Positions 14,011 through 29,585 of a stretch of DNA of 64,000 nt are shown one piece after another. Every line of letters begins with the position of its first letter. Within the stretch, counting starts at the first letter, position 1. Below the pieces are notes generated by a model, which saw only the letters and a list, made by a program, of their open reading frames with translations, ran no database searches and had not been told where the DNA came from. The position numbers and the translations under genes are program-made. The stretch lies in the NCBI RefSeq assembly GCF_009914755.1, contig NC_060941.1, one strand, 5' to 3'. The DNA is from the human T2T-CHM13v2.0 reference genome, Homo sapiens.

Positions 14011-14557
14011 GCTCTACAAGCATAAGAATTATTACAGCCAGGCGCCAGCCTTCAGAGACGCAACTGCCCGGGACTGCGGACACCCTGTTTTTTAGTCCTG
14101 GGAGGTGGGAAACATAGAGGCCTCCTGCTCTCTGCAGCTCTGCTGAGTTTTCCCTTATTCTATAGGGAAGAGGAGGATAGGACTATGAGGGAACTAGAAA
14201 CAAACAAACAGGAGAATTCTGGGGAGAGCTGCCTGTGAATTCCCAGCTGCTTTTTCAGAATCAGCAGTTGTGGTTTTCTAAGCAGATTCGATGGATTCTT
14301 CCAGAAGTAAAAGGCAGCCAGCCCTGAGTAGGATGAGGAAGATGCCGTGGGAGAAGGGAGAAAGTGCCAGACACTGAGGTCTGACTACATCAAGTGCTGC
14401 GCCAGGCACCTGCCCAGGAGAAGGCTGAGGCTTGCCCAAGTCACACAGACAGGGTTTCACCTAGAATTTGCCAGTTTCCATGCCTGGTCCAGTGCCCACC
14501 GTGGCCCCTGAGGCTTCCTTGAGCCCTCAAACACCTCCCCGGCTCCCTTGGACCGAC

Positions 14558-14660
14558 CTGACCAGGAGGTGGAGCGGCGGCTGAGGCTGAGTCCATGCAG
14601 GCAGCGTTCCAGGGCATGCTGGATGCGGTCCTCCGTGCATGTCGTGGCCCCTGGCTGCAT
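14558..14660 (-). CDS. PIK3R5: PIK3R5 (p101) first coding exon, aa 1-34 plus 1 nt. The exon starts at 14673 with 13 nt of 5'UTR.
   Basis: Translates [34 protein letters not shown], the N-terminus of human p101 as I recall it. Acceptor ...cccccatgcag|GCG at 14674/14673; donor TCAG|gtcggt at 14558/14557. 103 coding nt. Confidence 0.97.
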
Positions 14661-14673
14661 CCTGGGTCATCGC
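14661..14673 (-). other. PIK3R5: 5'UTR part of the ATG-containing exon (GCGATGACCCAGG)
   Basis: 13 nt between the CAG acceptor and the ATG. Contains an upstream ATG and an in-frame TGA. Confidence 0.85.
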
Positions 14674-15477
14674 CTGCATGGGGGACAGACGCCGGTCAGC
14701 TTGTCGAGCTCCTTTCCCAGAGAGCACCTGGTCCAGTAAAGACAACAGGTGCTCACAGTGCAGCGCGATCAGCCCAGCCCAGCTATAGCTCAGGTGCTGT
14801 GGAAACAGGACCAGGGGCCTTACAGCTGCCTCCAGGGTAGGAATGGCATCTGGAGGGCCACATCTGAGTGGCAGGACAGAGCACCCCTGCAGCAGAACGG
14901 GACAGAGGTGTGGGAAGTAAGGGGTCAGGAATGGGAGCAGAGAGGTGGAAAGGGCACTGGGCAGTGGGAAGTGTCGCCAAGTACCCAGGGAGTGGTCAGA
15001 CCCCAGTGGGCTGGGCAGGAAGATCCTGAGGGGAAAATCAGAATCACTCGGAGGACTTTTTCTGAATTTCCAGGCTGTGTTTTCCAAACCTCCAGGGATG
15101 GGGCAGAGAGCGTGTTCCTGATGACAAGGCCACAGCAACTCCCTCAATATGCTTGGAGGGAGCTCCCTCTGATTGGGTGCCCAGGTCACAGGCATCTGTT
15201 TCCTTTCTGCCCTAACCTCCACTTTTGCCATTTTTCTTTCCTTCCCCTGGGGCTTGGCAATGTTACCTGTCATTCAAAGACCTTCCCTGCCCTCCTTCCT
15301 CATCCTACTGAGGAGAATCCAAGGGGTGCTTAGCTGAGCTGGAAAGTCACTGAAGAGGGAATTTCAGGAGGGTTTTAGCCCCGTATGGGGAACTGAGAGC
15401 CCCCAGCAGGGCCAGCCCAGCTTCTTAGTTATGTATGAGGGCTCCTGGGTCTCTGGGGAAGCCACGGAAGGTGATTT

Positions 15478-15690
15478 GGCCCAGTGATTAAGCTTGGCTC
15501 TGGCATCCGACGGACTTACACTCAAACCTGGACTCTGATATTTGCTAGCCATGTGACTTTGGGCAAATACTTTAACTTTTCCAAACTTCTGTTGACTTAT
15601 CTGTAAAATGGGATGACAATGGTGCTAACCTCATGGGGCTCTTGGGAAGATAAAATGCTGTAGCAGATGCGCTGAGTAAGCTTCCAACAC
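15478..15690. mobile_element. MIR
   Basis: gctagccatgtgactttgggcaaatacttta...atctgtaaaatggg. Confidence 0.7.
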
Positions 15691-15757
15691 GCGAGAGCTG
15701 CCCTGCTACAGTCATTGCCATCATCGCCCTGGCCTCAGGGGATGCCACTGCACTCAC

Positions 15758-15850
15758 TCCTTCCGGGCAGACCCCTTCACTGGCCAGTCAGGCCAGGCCA
15801 TAGAGGGATGCTGAGAAAGCTGCAGTTCAGCTCTGGAAGCCAGAAGAGGA
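15758..15850 (-). other. PIK3R5: Candidate proximal non-coding first exon of PIK3R5 (5' end uncertain)
   Basis: Consensus donor GGA|gtgagt at 15758/15757 in unique sequence ~1.1 kb upstream of the ATG exon. The ATG exon begins with an acceptor, so an upstream exon must exist. Confidence 0.55.
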
Positions 15851-16130
15851 AGCACAGAGCTCAGAGCTGAGCCATGCAGATGACATACAAAGAGGGATAA
15901 AATCCTAACCTGGGTTCAGCTGCGCGGCTAGAGTATTCAGCTTACGGAGGCCCCACACAGGCAAATCCTCCTGCCTCCCCAGCCTGGGAGGCACCACTCG
16001 CCAAGTGAAAACTAAGCCCTTTGTGAGCTCTCCAGCATCCTTTCACAGTGTCTGTGGTAGGCTATGCATTCCAAAGCCGGACAGTGCAGCAGTGGGCACG
16101 CAGGAAGCGGCACACGCACCTTGGTTCCAT
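15760..16130 (-). promoter_or_regulatory. Candidate TATA-less haematopoietic proximal promoter
   Basis: ETS cores (CCGGAA on minus ~15761-66, GAGGAAG ~15847, CAGGAAGC 16101), RUNX TGTGGT ~16053, E-box CAGCTG ~15917, and locally retained CpGs. Confidence 0.4.
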
Positions 16131-16134
16131 CACG

Positions 16135-16470
16135 GGTTCACTGACTGTCTGCCATGTGCCAGGCACTAGAGGAGACTAGAGGAGACAGCAGTGAACCAAG
16201 CAGCTGTGCTCCTTGGTGGGAGACACAGACACTGAGCAATGGAGCAAACAAAGACGTGATTCCAAGAAGTGAAACATGCTGTAAAGGATGGTGCTGGGAG
16301 TGGGACAAGTGGGGACCCCCCTCCAGGGTGTTGGGGGGTCAGGGAGGCCTCTCTGAAGAAGGGACATTTAAGCTGGATGAGGAAGCCAGGGCAAATGAGG
16401 GGGAAGAGTATTGGAGAAAGGGGAGCCAGCCCATGCCACAGTCTGGGTGCAGGAATTAGCTTGCTGAGAA
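16135..16470. mobile_element. L2 fragment
   Basis: ttcactgactgtctgccatgtgccaggcact...gtcagggaggcctctctgaagaagggacattta. Confidence 0.7.
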
Positions 16471-16523
16471 CCTGGACCCAGGAGTATATGCCAGGGCGCC
16501 GGGCTGGCCCAGGACAAAGACTA

Positions 16524-17260
<737 letters not shown>

Positions 17261-18315
17261 TCACATGGATGAGCCTGGGGCATGAACAGCTGGCCCAGAT
17301 GTGACAGCGACCCTTTGTTCTCACAGGCTGATTCCTCCCAGGTTACCCCCAGAGCAGGTTCTTGGAGGGAGCTCAGAGGCCTCCCCAGCAAGTCCCTCAT
17401 TTTACAGAAGGGGAGGCTGAGGTCCAGGAAGGATAAGGGACTTGTTCAAGGCAGCTGGGAGAGAGTTGACACTGGTATAAACAGACAAGGGGATCAGGGA
17501 GGACTTTTTATTTTCAAATTGTGGCTGAGACCCAATTCTAGGGACAAAAGTTGCTAAATCCTCTGCATTCTAAAGTTCTAAGAGCCACGGAGTATTGTCA
17601 AGGACGTGGGCGCAGCCACTCTGGTGGGCTTGCTGGGAGGTGTCAGTCCAGAACCAGCACAGTGACCCGCCAATCCCTGTCATAAGATTGGGAAGAGAAA
17701 AAGGGTTGTCAGCCCATCTGGAAGATCCTTCCTTCTCTCCGCAAAGCCGAGGGCAGAGGGCTTTCAGAGAAGTCCTGACACAGACTGGGATGCCCAAAGC
17801 TGAGGATGCTGCCCTTTGTTCCTCGGGTCACTATCTACTCAGCCGGCAAACTCGCTCGCCTGCTCCGGTGCTGCCTGTGAGCCATGGCAGGGCTGAGACA
17901 AGGGGCAGAGGGGGCATCTTGCAGACCCACTGTTGGACAAGTCAGCAGCTCCAGATTGGGGTGAGGGGTGGAACAAACGTGGGGCCTGAGCCGGTTTGTT
18001 GTTACTTTTCTAGAGGGCTGCCAGCAGCATGAGGGAAACCTATCAGAAGGAGGCTGAAGGCTGGACCAATTTTGTAGGAAGCTGGATGGGGCAGGTTAAA
18101 GATGGGAAATTGGTGGCACAGAGAGGTTAAACAGCTTGCCTAAAGTCACACAGCTAGGAGATGGCAAAGCCAGGGTATAAACCCAGGGGGTCTGGGGTTT
18201 CAACCACTAGAATACATTGCCCCTCAGCACAGTCGGAGGCAGTTACTGGAAGAAAATTAAAACCAATTCATGTTTCTACTTCAACAGTGAAGACTTGATT
18301 TTGCTTTAAGAGGTA

Positions 18316-18599
18316 GGCTAGGCATGTCTGTAATCCCAGCAATTTGGGAGGCTGAGGCGGGTGGATCACCTGAGGTCAGGAGTTTGAGACCAGCCTGGCC
18401 AACATGGGGAAACCCTGTCTCTACTAAAAATACAAAAAATTAGCTGGGTGTGGTGGTGCACACCTGTAATCACAGCTACTCGGGAGGCTGAGGCATGAGA
18501 ATGGCTTGAACCCGGGAGGTGGAGGTTGCGGTGAGCCAAGATCGTGCCAGCCTGGGTGACAGAGCAAGACTCTGTCTCAAAAAAAAAAAAAAAAAGAAA
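18316..18599 (+). mobile_element. AluS (Sx-like) with two small internal deletions
   Basis: ggctaggcatg|tctgtaatcc and atcgtgcc|agcctggg; poly(A) tail. Confidence 0.93.
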
Positions 18600-20279
18600 A
18601 TCTAGACTCTCAGTTGCTGGGGATTGTGAGCCCCACCACATCTATCTACACCAGCTGCCCCGCACAGCCCTGCATCCTCCAGAGAAAAGGCCAAGGCTCA
18701 CAGGAGTGTGTGCCAGAGGGGATACCGAGCAACACTCTCTCGGACTCCACCGGTGATGACCGTGGTGGCTCACGGGGCCCAGGCGTCTCTAGCCTGGAGC
18801 ATGTCCTGAACCGTGTGATCTGGGTTTTAAGACCCCTCTGCCCAGCCCCTGCTGCGATGGCCAAGCTGGTTATGCCATGAAGCAGGAGTGAGTCATCCTG
18901 CTCACTCATTACGTGTCCCACACTGTAATGGATGCAAACACAAGATGCAAATGAATGTTCTCAGCCAACACCACTTCTGCACACTCCTGTCCTTAAGGGG
19001 GCAGAACACAGTGCCATAGGACTGCTGCTAGCACACCGCACCCAATGCCTGACTGCCCATGGCTTCTCTTTCTCATTCTGGGGCCGCCTGTGACTTTCCC
19101 ATCTCCTGGCCTCGGTGTGCCCCTTCCCCCCAACCCCGCCCTGCTCAAGGGACACATCAAAGCCTTCTCCACGGAAGGGCAGGATATCCTCAGGCACTGG
19201 TGGAATTCTGGTGTGCCAGCCTCCCCGGCATTCCAAGGCTTTCTCGAGCTCGCCCCAAGTTCTTCTCAGAGGCAGGACTTGCCTGAGCCACTAGCCCCTG
19301 GGAGCCTGAGAGATGGGGAGAGGGAACCCAGCCAGGGGACCCTCAGCTGAGCTGCCCTGGGGGTTAACCCAGCACACCGGGCTCACCACCCACCCCTTTG
19401 ACACGCTCATTTCCGTCTGAGTCAGTCATCAGCTGTTTCTTATGACTTGTCAGCAGAACCTCACGGCTTTGGGGCAGAGGTGAGGGGGGAAGACAGTGGC
19501 ACCCGCTCTCCCAGCATGACGCCTTTTTTCAAAAGCTGGGCAAGCAGGGCCTGGCTTCCCTGGCATCACCCTCCCAAGCCCCCTCCCTATCTTGTTGAGA
19601 GGAGCTCCCATTGTAAAATTCCAGCTGCTGCCGGGAATGCCGCCCCCCGCCCCCCCGCCCCCGCCACCAATTCCCCTGCCAGTGGTGAAGTGGTGTTGAA
19701 ATATCCAACAACAGGGCCTTCCCCCATCTCCAAGTTCCTCTTCTGAGCCAGCAAAGAGGACTCATAGTCCTTGCTGGGGACCCTGCATGGGGCAGAAAGG
19801 CCTGGAGTCGGGGTGGGTTGGTGGGACCCCAGAGGGCACAGAGAGAGCCAGTCCTGCTTCCACTTTTTCTTCCCATGTTGACAGGATGCCATGATGTGGA
19901 GGGCTCATCTTCCCTCTGGTGCAGGGCTGGTCAGAGGAGGTGTAGGGTCTGCCTGGGTCCAGCTTCCCAAGGCAGCCCACGATGGGGCAGGGAGGAGAGC
20001 CTCTTGGGGGTTTCTAAATAGTAATGAAAGGAGGAGTTAGAGGGCCTGCATCTCATATGGAGGGGGCCTCCAGGTTCTGGCTGGCTCTCCACACTGCTTT
20101 CCTGGTGTTCTGGAATATTCTAGGCCCATGCAGTCCTGGGCTGACCCAGCCTGCTTCCGTCCTGGATGACTCCTCCCTCTCCTGCTTCTTACCTTCCGAG
20201 GCTTGACTCTCCCTTCTCTGCCCCAGTCCCTTCCTCATGCCTTCATAAGGCAGAATCTCCACCGTGACCTAAGTAAAAG

Positions 20280-22465
<2,186 letters not shown>

Positions 22466-22989
22466 GCTCTAAGACCTTTTATATATTTACATAGCCTTAT
22501 GCCCTTTCAGTATCTTTCCAGGCAGTTATCAAATGATTCCCTACCTTACATGAGCTTCTTGAACATTGCTATTTCTTCTGTAGTCACAGTGGACTAGCGC
22601 AAGGCTGGCTGCCTCAAAATCCCCCAACCTGAAGTTCCTAAACTGGGGCTGAGAATTTCTGGGGCTCTGTGGGGGATTTAAGGGCTGTCTTTGAGAATGT
22701 TCAAGTTATGTTTTCATTTTAATGTCAGTCTAGATACAGTTCATAGTTAATATATTCTGGAACATCTTGATGACCACCTCATGACCAAATGTTACCAGAT
22801 CTCCGTGCCCAGTTTGCATTTGTGTCATACCGTGTTGGTGTCACCTAAAAGGACAGGGCACACCATGTGTGTGCTTGGGATCTGCAAGAGCTCAAGGTTA
22901 AGCACAATGAGTTAACATAGACAAATGTGTGGAAACATTCCCAGTGCATAACAAACATTCAATATATGTTCTCTGTTACCTATCAGAGT

Positions 22990-23350
22990 TTCCTTCCTCT
23001 CCTCTCCTTCTCTCTCTCTCTCTTTCTTTCTTTCTCTTTTTTTCTTTTTCCTTCTTTTTTTTTTTTTTTTTTTTGGACGGAGTCTCGCTCTTTTGCCCAG
23101 GCTGGAGTGCAGTGGCGTGATCTCGGCTCACTGCAACCTCAGCCTCCGAGGTTCAAGGGATTCTCTTGCCTCCCGAGTAGCTGAGATTACAGGCATGCAC
23201 CACCATACCAGGCTAATTATTCTACTTTTAGTAGAGACAGGGTTTCACCATGGTGGCCAGGTTGATCTCGAACTCCTGACCTCAAGTGATCCACCTGCCT
23301 CGGCCTCCCAAAGTGCTGGGATTACAGGCGTGAGCCACCATGCCCGGCCC
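22990..23350 (-). mobile_element. AluS (Sz-like) with an expanded CT-rich tail
   Basis: Pyrimidine tract 22990-23074 followed by an antisense Alu body. Confidence 0.93.
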
Positions 23351-23800
23351 AGAGTGCTTTCTTAACACACACATCTCACCTGCCCAACTCTTGATGTCTT
23401 CAGAACTAGGCCAAGAAATAAAACACCTCCTGCATGATTCTGACGCACAGTTAGACTTGGAAAGTCATGCTTTTTATTTTACACACACATGCATACACAC
23501 ACACATTTGACTCTAAGACTGGGAAGGCACCTTAGGTACCATTTAGTACAACATTCCCACTCTACAGATATGAAAACAAAGGCTCTGAGTGGTGAAGGGA
23601 CTTGCCCAGATCAGACAGCAGTAAATCTGTAAGTAGAATCTGAGCCTGGAACGAAGGATAATCATGCATCCCTCTGCATAGATGAGGATCGCACTCTCCT
23701 TGCTGCCCAGCAGTGAGTGACTTCAGCTGCTCTCCTCAAGGCTATTTTTGGAATCCCTTTTCAAATTTCTTCCAGAGTTATTGGTCTGTTCAGGTATTGA

Positions 23801-24466
<666 letters not shown>

Positions 24467-24649
24467 TAAGTCCTTTATTTTGGTTCATGTCTTGCTCACT
24501 CAAGTATTTCGAGTAGTTTCAGGACAGATATGTGGGTGAGGTACTTTCTGAGACTTTACATGTCATATGTCATTCATTCTGGCTCATGAATTATAGCTTT
24601 GCCAATTATAGAATTGGCATAATTCATAATTTTTCACCCTCGAAATGTT

Positions 24650-25265
24650 CATAGAAACCCAAGAAAATCAACTGAAAAATGGTCATACCAAAGAACAGAG
24701 TTAGGTAAAGTGGTTAGGCACAAATTAATATAGAAATCAATATTATCTAACTATGCAAATAAATTATGTTGGGGAAACAAGATTCCACTTCTAACAGCAA
24801 CAAAAGTAATACAAATTTTTTTAAAAACTTTAAAAATATGCAATATTTTTATAAAGAAAATGTTTGAGGGACACGAAAAAGCAAAAGTAAATGGAAATAC
24901 ATATTCTGGTGTTAGGAAGATTCAATACCATAAAAAATTAATTCAAAAAGGATCAAAGATCTAAATGTAAAGTGCTAAAACTATAAAACTCTTAGAAGAA
25001 AAATTGGGGGAAGCTTCATCACATTGGATTTGTCAAAGATTTCTTGGATATAACACAAAAAGCACAGGCAACAAAAGAAAAAATAGTTAAATATCAAAAT
25101 TTAAAACTCTGTGCATTAAAGGATACAATCAACAGAGTGAAAAGGCAAGCCATGTTATGGAAGAAAATATTTGCAAATCGTATATCTGATTAAGGGCTAC
25201 CATCTTGAATATATAAAGAACTCCTGTATAACTCAACAACAAAAACAAAACACCCGATTTGTTCA
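24650..25265 (+). mobile_element. L1M ORF2-region fragments
   Basis: ggatcaaagatctaaatgtaa...aaaactcttagaagaaa...atatttgcaaatcgtatatctgattaagg. Confidence 0.85.
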
Positions 25266-25292
25266 TTCTCCATGAGTTTCAGCCTGGAGAAT

Positions 25293-25370
25293 AGGAAAGA
25301 AGGAGGGAAGGAGGGAAGGTGGGAGGGTGGGAGAGAAGGAGGGAGGGAGGGAGGAAGAAAAGGAGGAAGG
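25293..25370. repeat. Purine-rich (GGAA/GGAG)n low-complexity tract
   Basis: aggaaagaaggagggaaggagggaagg... Confidence 0.8.
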
Positions 25371-26489
25371 TAATTATTGAGTGGCTGATCTGTGTCAGGT
25401 ACTATGCTGGGCGCTTTCACTTAGTTTGATAATCATAATTGATTATCAAATTGATTATCAAATTATCAATCCCCATTGTCTTGGGAATTAACATTCAGTT
25501 AATCCCCAAGACATTGATTACTTAGTTTGATAATCATAATCACCCTGTGACATTATCATAATTATTCACATTTCCTGCAGCTCAGGGAGGGTAAGCCATT
25601 TATTCACTCAAGTTCCTATGGTCACAATTCCCATGGCCCGAGCTTGAAGTCTGTGCAAAGTTGGCGTGACTCTCAAAGCCCATGTTCTTTCCTATGTCGT
25701 GTTCATAGGAAGTCATTTCTACTGGTTTCTAGACACTTAAAGGGCTGAGTGTACTGTTTCGTCTCAGTGTTGTAATTTGAGGCTTCCAGGGAAGACGTCT
25801 TGCATAAAAATTGGCTGAGTTTCCATTGTTGGTGATTCATTCTCCTTGGGTTAGGGCTGTTCACTTCCTCTGTCCTAGCTTATTTTTCAAGATGTAAGAT
25901 TCTTGGAGGATGATTTAGCCACCAGATGAGTCTGTTACAGCAGTGACGGTAGCTAGTGGGCAGGAGAAGGACTCTGGGGCCAGGAGAGGGAGGAAATGTG
26001 AAAAGGTAGGTGGACATGGTGTGGAGGTCCAGGGAAGGCAGAAGATGAAGTAGAGATGTACCAAAAGAAAGAAACACTGAAGAAGCAGAGGCAAGACTGC
26101 CCACTTCCCCCCATCTTTGCTCAAGCCCTTCTTTACCAAGGAAGGGGCACAGGAATGCCTGGGAAGACCACAGTTGTGGTCAAGACCAAGAAGAAATGGA
26201 ATGAGGATGAAGGAGGGGAAGGAGAAAGATGCTAACGTGTACACAGCACTGACCCTGGGCCAGATACCATGCTTAGGGCTTGAAGCACATGATCTCATTT
26301 ATTTTGAGCCACTCTAGGACACTCTGAACTTGCAGAGATGAGGAAGTTCAGCTCCTGTTGGCTAAAAGACTTTCCCAAGGACATACGGATAGCACAGAGA
26401 GGATTCGAACTAAGGTCTCTCTGGTCCACTCTACCCAGGTACAGTACCGAAAAGACAACAGGATGTACAATGTCACCTTTTCATATAAT

Positions 26490-26660
26490 AATTTTAATAA
26501 TAGCAGCTAATAGGAATTGAAAGCTTACTATGTGGCAGGCACCGTTCTAGGTGTTTCTATGAATTAAGTCATTAAATCCATGTGAGGTAGACACTCCTTA
26601 CCCCCATTTTACAGATGAGGAGACTGCGGTACAGAGTATTCTCTCAGCTGGTAAATGAAG
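26490..26660. mobile_element. MIR
   Basis: ttactatgtggcaggcaccgttctagg...cccattttacagatgaggagactg. Confidence 0.75.
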
Positions 26661-26991
26661 TATGCTGTAGGCAATTTAGCTTCCCCATGCAAGTAAGAGC
26701 AGCTATACTGGAGCCAGGGGTGGGCAAACTGAAATTACTGCCAAGCTGGGAAACCAGAGGAAGACTATAACAATAAAACAAGCAATAAGCTCCAGGCAGC
26801 AACCGAATTCTTTGGGCACCTGGGCTAAACCTTGGGCACTTACACGGGAGACTGTTTAATCCTACCACCTTTAAATATGGAGCCCATCTTAATGGTTAGA
26901 CAATGTGCACAGGAGAATAAAGCAGCAAATGAATGTAAATGTAAAAACTCAAGAAAGGCCAATTACACATATATTGGCAGCTTTCTGGTTT

Positions 26992-27592
<601 letters not shown>

Positions 27593-28146
27593 TAAGACAG
27601 ATATGAATATTTCATAGTTTTGGGCAAGGAAGATTTTTCTCCTTCCAGAGCACTGTGACTTCTAGATGCTTTACTATCAGAATAAGTTTGGGGTAGACTG
27701 GTCCAATCCATTATCTTTTCCCTTGCACAGCTTTTCTTCTCTTCCAGAGTGATAAACCATTTACCACCCCGTCTTCTCTCCATTAATCCAACAGCAGGTC
27801 ATTGTTCTCAGACACGGGCACATCTTCACTAGTCTCCTTTTTACTCTCTTTGAACTCCTGCCCAATTATGCAAGAAAAATCTCTCAAATTCTCCCCCTCC
27901 ATCCCATTCATGAATATGCTTTAGAGCGAAACCTCTCTAACAAGAAAACAGATACTCATCAGGTTTGTGGACAGAACTGAAATCAGACACTCCTCCCGAT
28001 ACTTGGCCAGGTGTGGTTTTTACAACTTTTTATGAAACAAACGCTGATGTCAAGAGTCCCGTTTAGCCCAGTCTAGAACTCTCTAGATCTCTAATGGACA
28101 ACTTACTATGACATTAGGGCATCAGGCACTGATGCAGTCTCTCCCA

Positions 28147-28740
28147 ACTTCTCACCAAATATACCAGATAGATAGTTAGATAGTAGATGGATAGATAGAT
28201 AGATAGTAGATGAATAGATAGATAGATAGTAGATGGATAGATGGATAGATAGATAGTGGATAGATAGAAAGTAGATGGATAGATAGATAGTAGATGGATA
28301 GATAGATAGTAGATGAATAGATAGCTAGATAGTAGATGGATAGATGGGTAGATAGATAGACAGAAAGTAGATGGATAGATAGATAGATAGTAGATGGATA
28401 GATAGATAGTAGATGGGTAGATAGATAGATGGTTAGCTAGTAGATGATAGATAGTAGATGGATAGATAGATAGATAGTAGATGGATAGATAGTAGATGGA
28501 TAGACAGTAGATTGATAGATAGATGGATTGATAGATAGTAGATGGATAGATAGATAGATAGTAGATGGAGAGATAGTAGATGGATAGGTAGATAGTAGAT
28601 GGAGAGATAGATAGTAGATGGATAGATAGTAGATGGATGATAGATAGATAGTAGATGGATAGATAGTAGATGGATAGATAGTAGATGGATAGATAGATAG
28701 ATAGTAGATAGATAGTAGATGGATAGATAGATAGATAGAG
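28147..28740. repeat. Complex (GATA/GATG/TAG)n satellite, ~600 bp
   Basis: Repeating higher-order unit tagtagatggata(gata)n. Confidence 0.97.
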
Positions 28741-29585
28741 AAAAAAGGAACACACATGCATACAATCCAAACTGAAACCAACACTGACAAGCCAGAATGA
28801 GGGATTGACATTATGTCTAAATCAGATGGAAATGGATTAAGAAAATCCAGGCTTAGGTTCAGGCCAAAATCTCTATAATAAGTGGGTACAGCTTGCATCA
28901 TGGCTGAGTACATTTTGGTCCCCAAGTGGGTGTGCACTTTTTCCTTGGATGCTTCATCCCCTTTTGTCTTTTCCTTTAATGCAGATAGATGCATCACATT
29001 CACTGAGATGGAGAAGTTTGGGGAGAGGACAATTTGGGAGAGGAAAACAAGAGTCCTGCTTTGTCCGAGTTCTATCCCCTTCAGACCCCAATGGAGAGGT
29101 CTGGGCTACAGCTCTCTATTTGGGAGTTCACATGGTGCTGTGGTCACTGAGGCTGTGAACCATGTGAAGCGAGAAGAGTGAGGAGAACACCTCCAGTGTT
29201 AAGAGGTGGCACCGGAAGTATCACAAAAAGACACTGAGAAGATGCAGCTCATGAGCAGGAGGAGAACACGATGTGACAGGATCCAAAACAAGCATGTTTC
29301 AAGGAGGGAGTGAGGAATGCCACTGCAAGGTCTACAGCATGAGGGCAGAGAAGTGGCCACTGGATCTGGTGACATGGAGGGTTTGAGTGACCATGAAAGA
29401 ACAAGTGCAGGAAGAAAAGACCAAATGGAATGGGCTAAGGAGAGAGAAGTGACAGAGAGGCAACTGCTTTGGGAAGCTTTGCTCAGAAGAGCTGGGTTTA
29501 TGAAATGCCCCAGGATCCAAAAGAACCCTAAGGTTCTTCCAGTTTGAAAAAAAATGTCTATATCGATGTCAAAAGAAAAACTACC

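Noticed and set aside
15261-15270. Alternative donor-like CAG|GTAACA on the minus strand
   Set aside because: Weaker +5/+6 match than the 15758 donor and no further support from sequence alone.
14527-15273. 248-aa minus-strand ORF overlapping the first coding exon
   Set aside because: Starts at a non-ATG codon in intronic sequence and is out of frame with p101. Only its exonic part, from ATG 14670, is relevant and is reported as the overlapping uORF.
28114-29003. Long minus-strand ORFs (218, 188, 110 aa) rich in Y/L/S/I
   Set aside because: Translations of the (TATC)n satellite, which lacks stops on that strand. Not genes.
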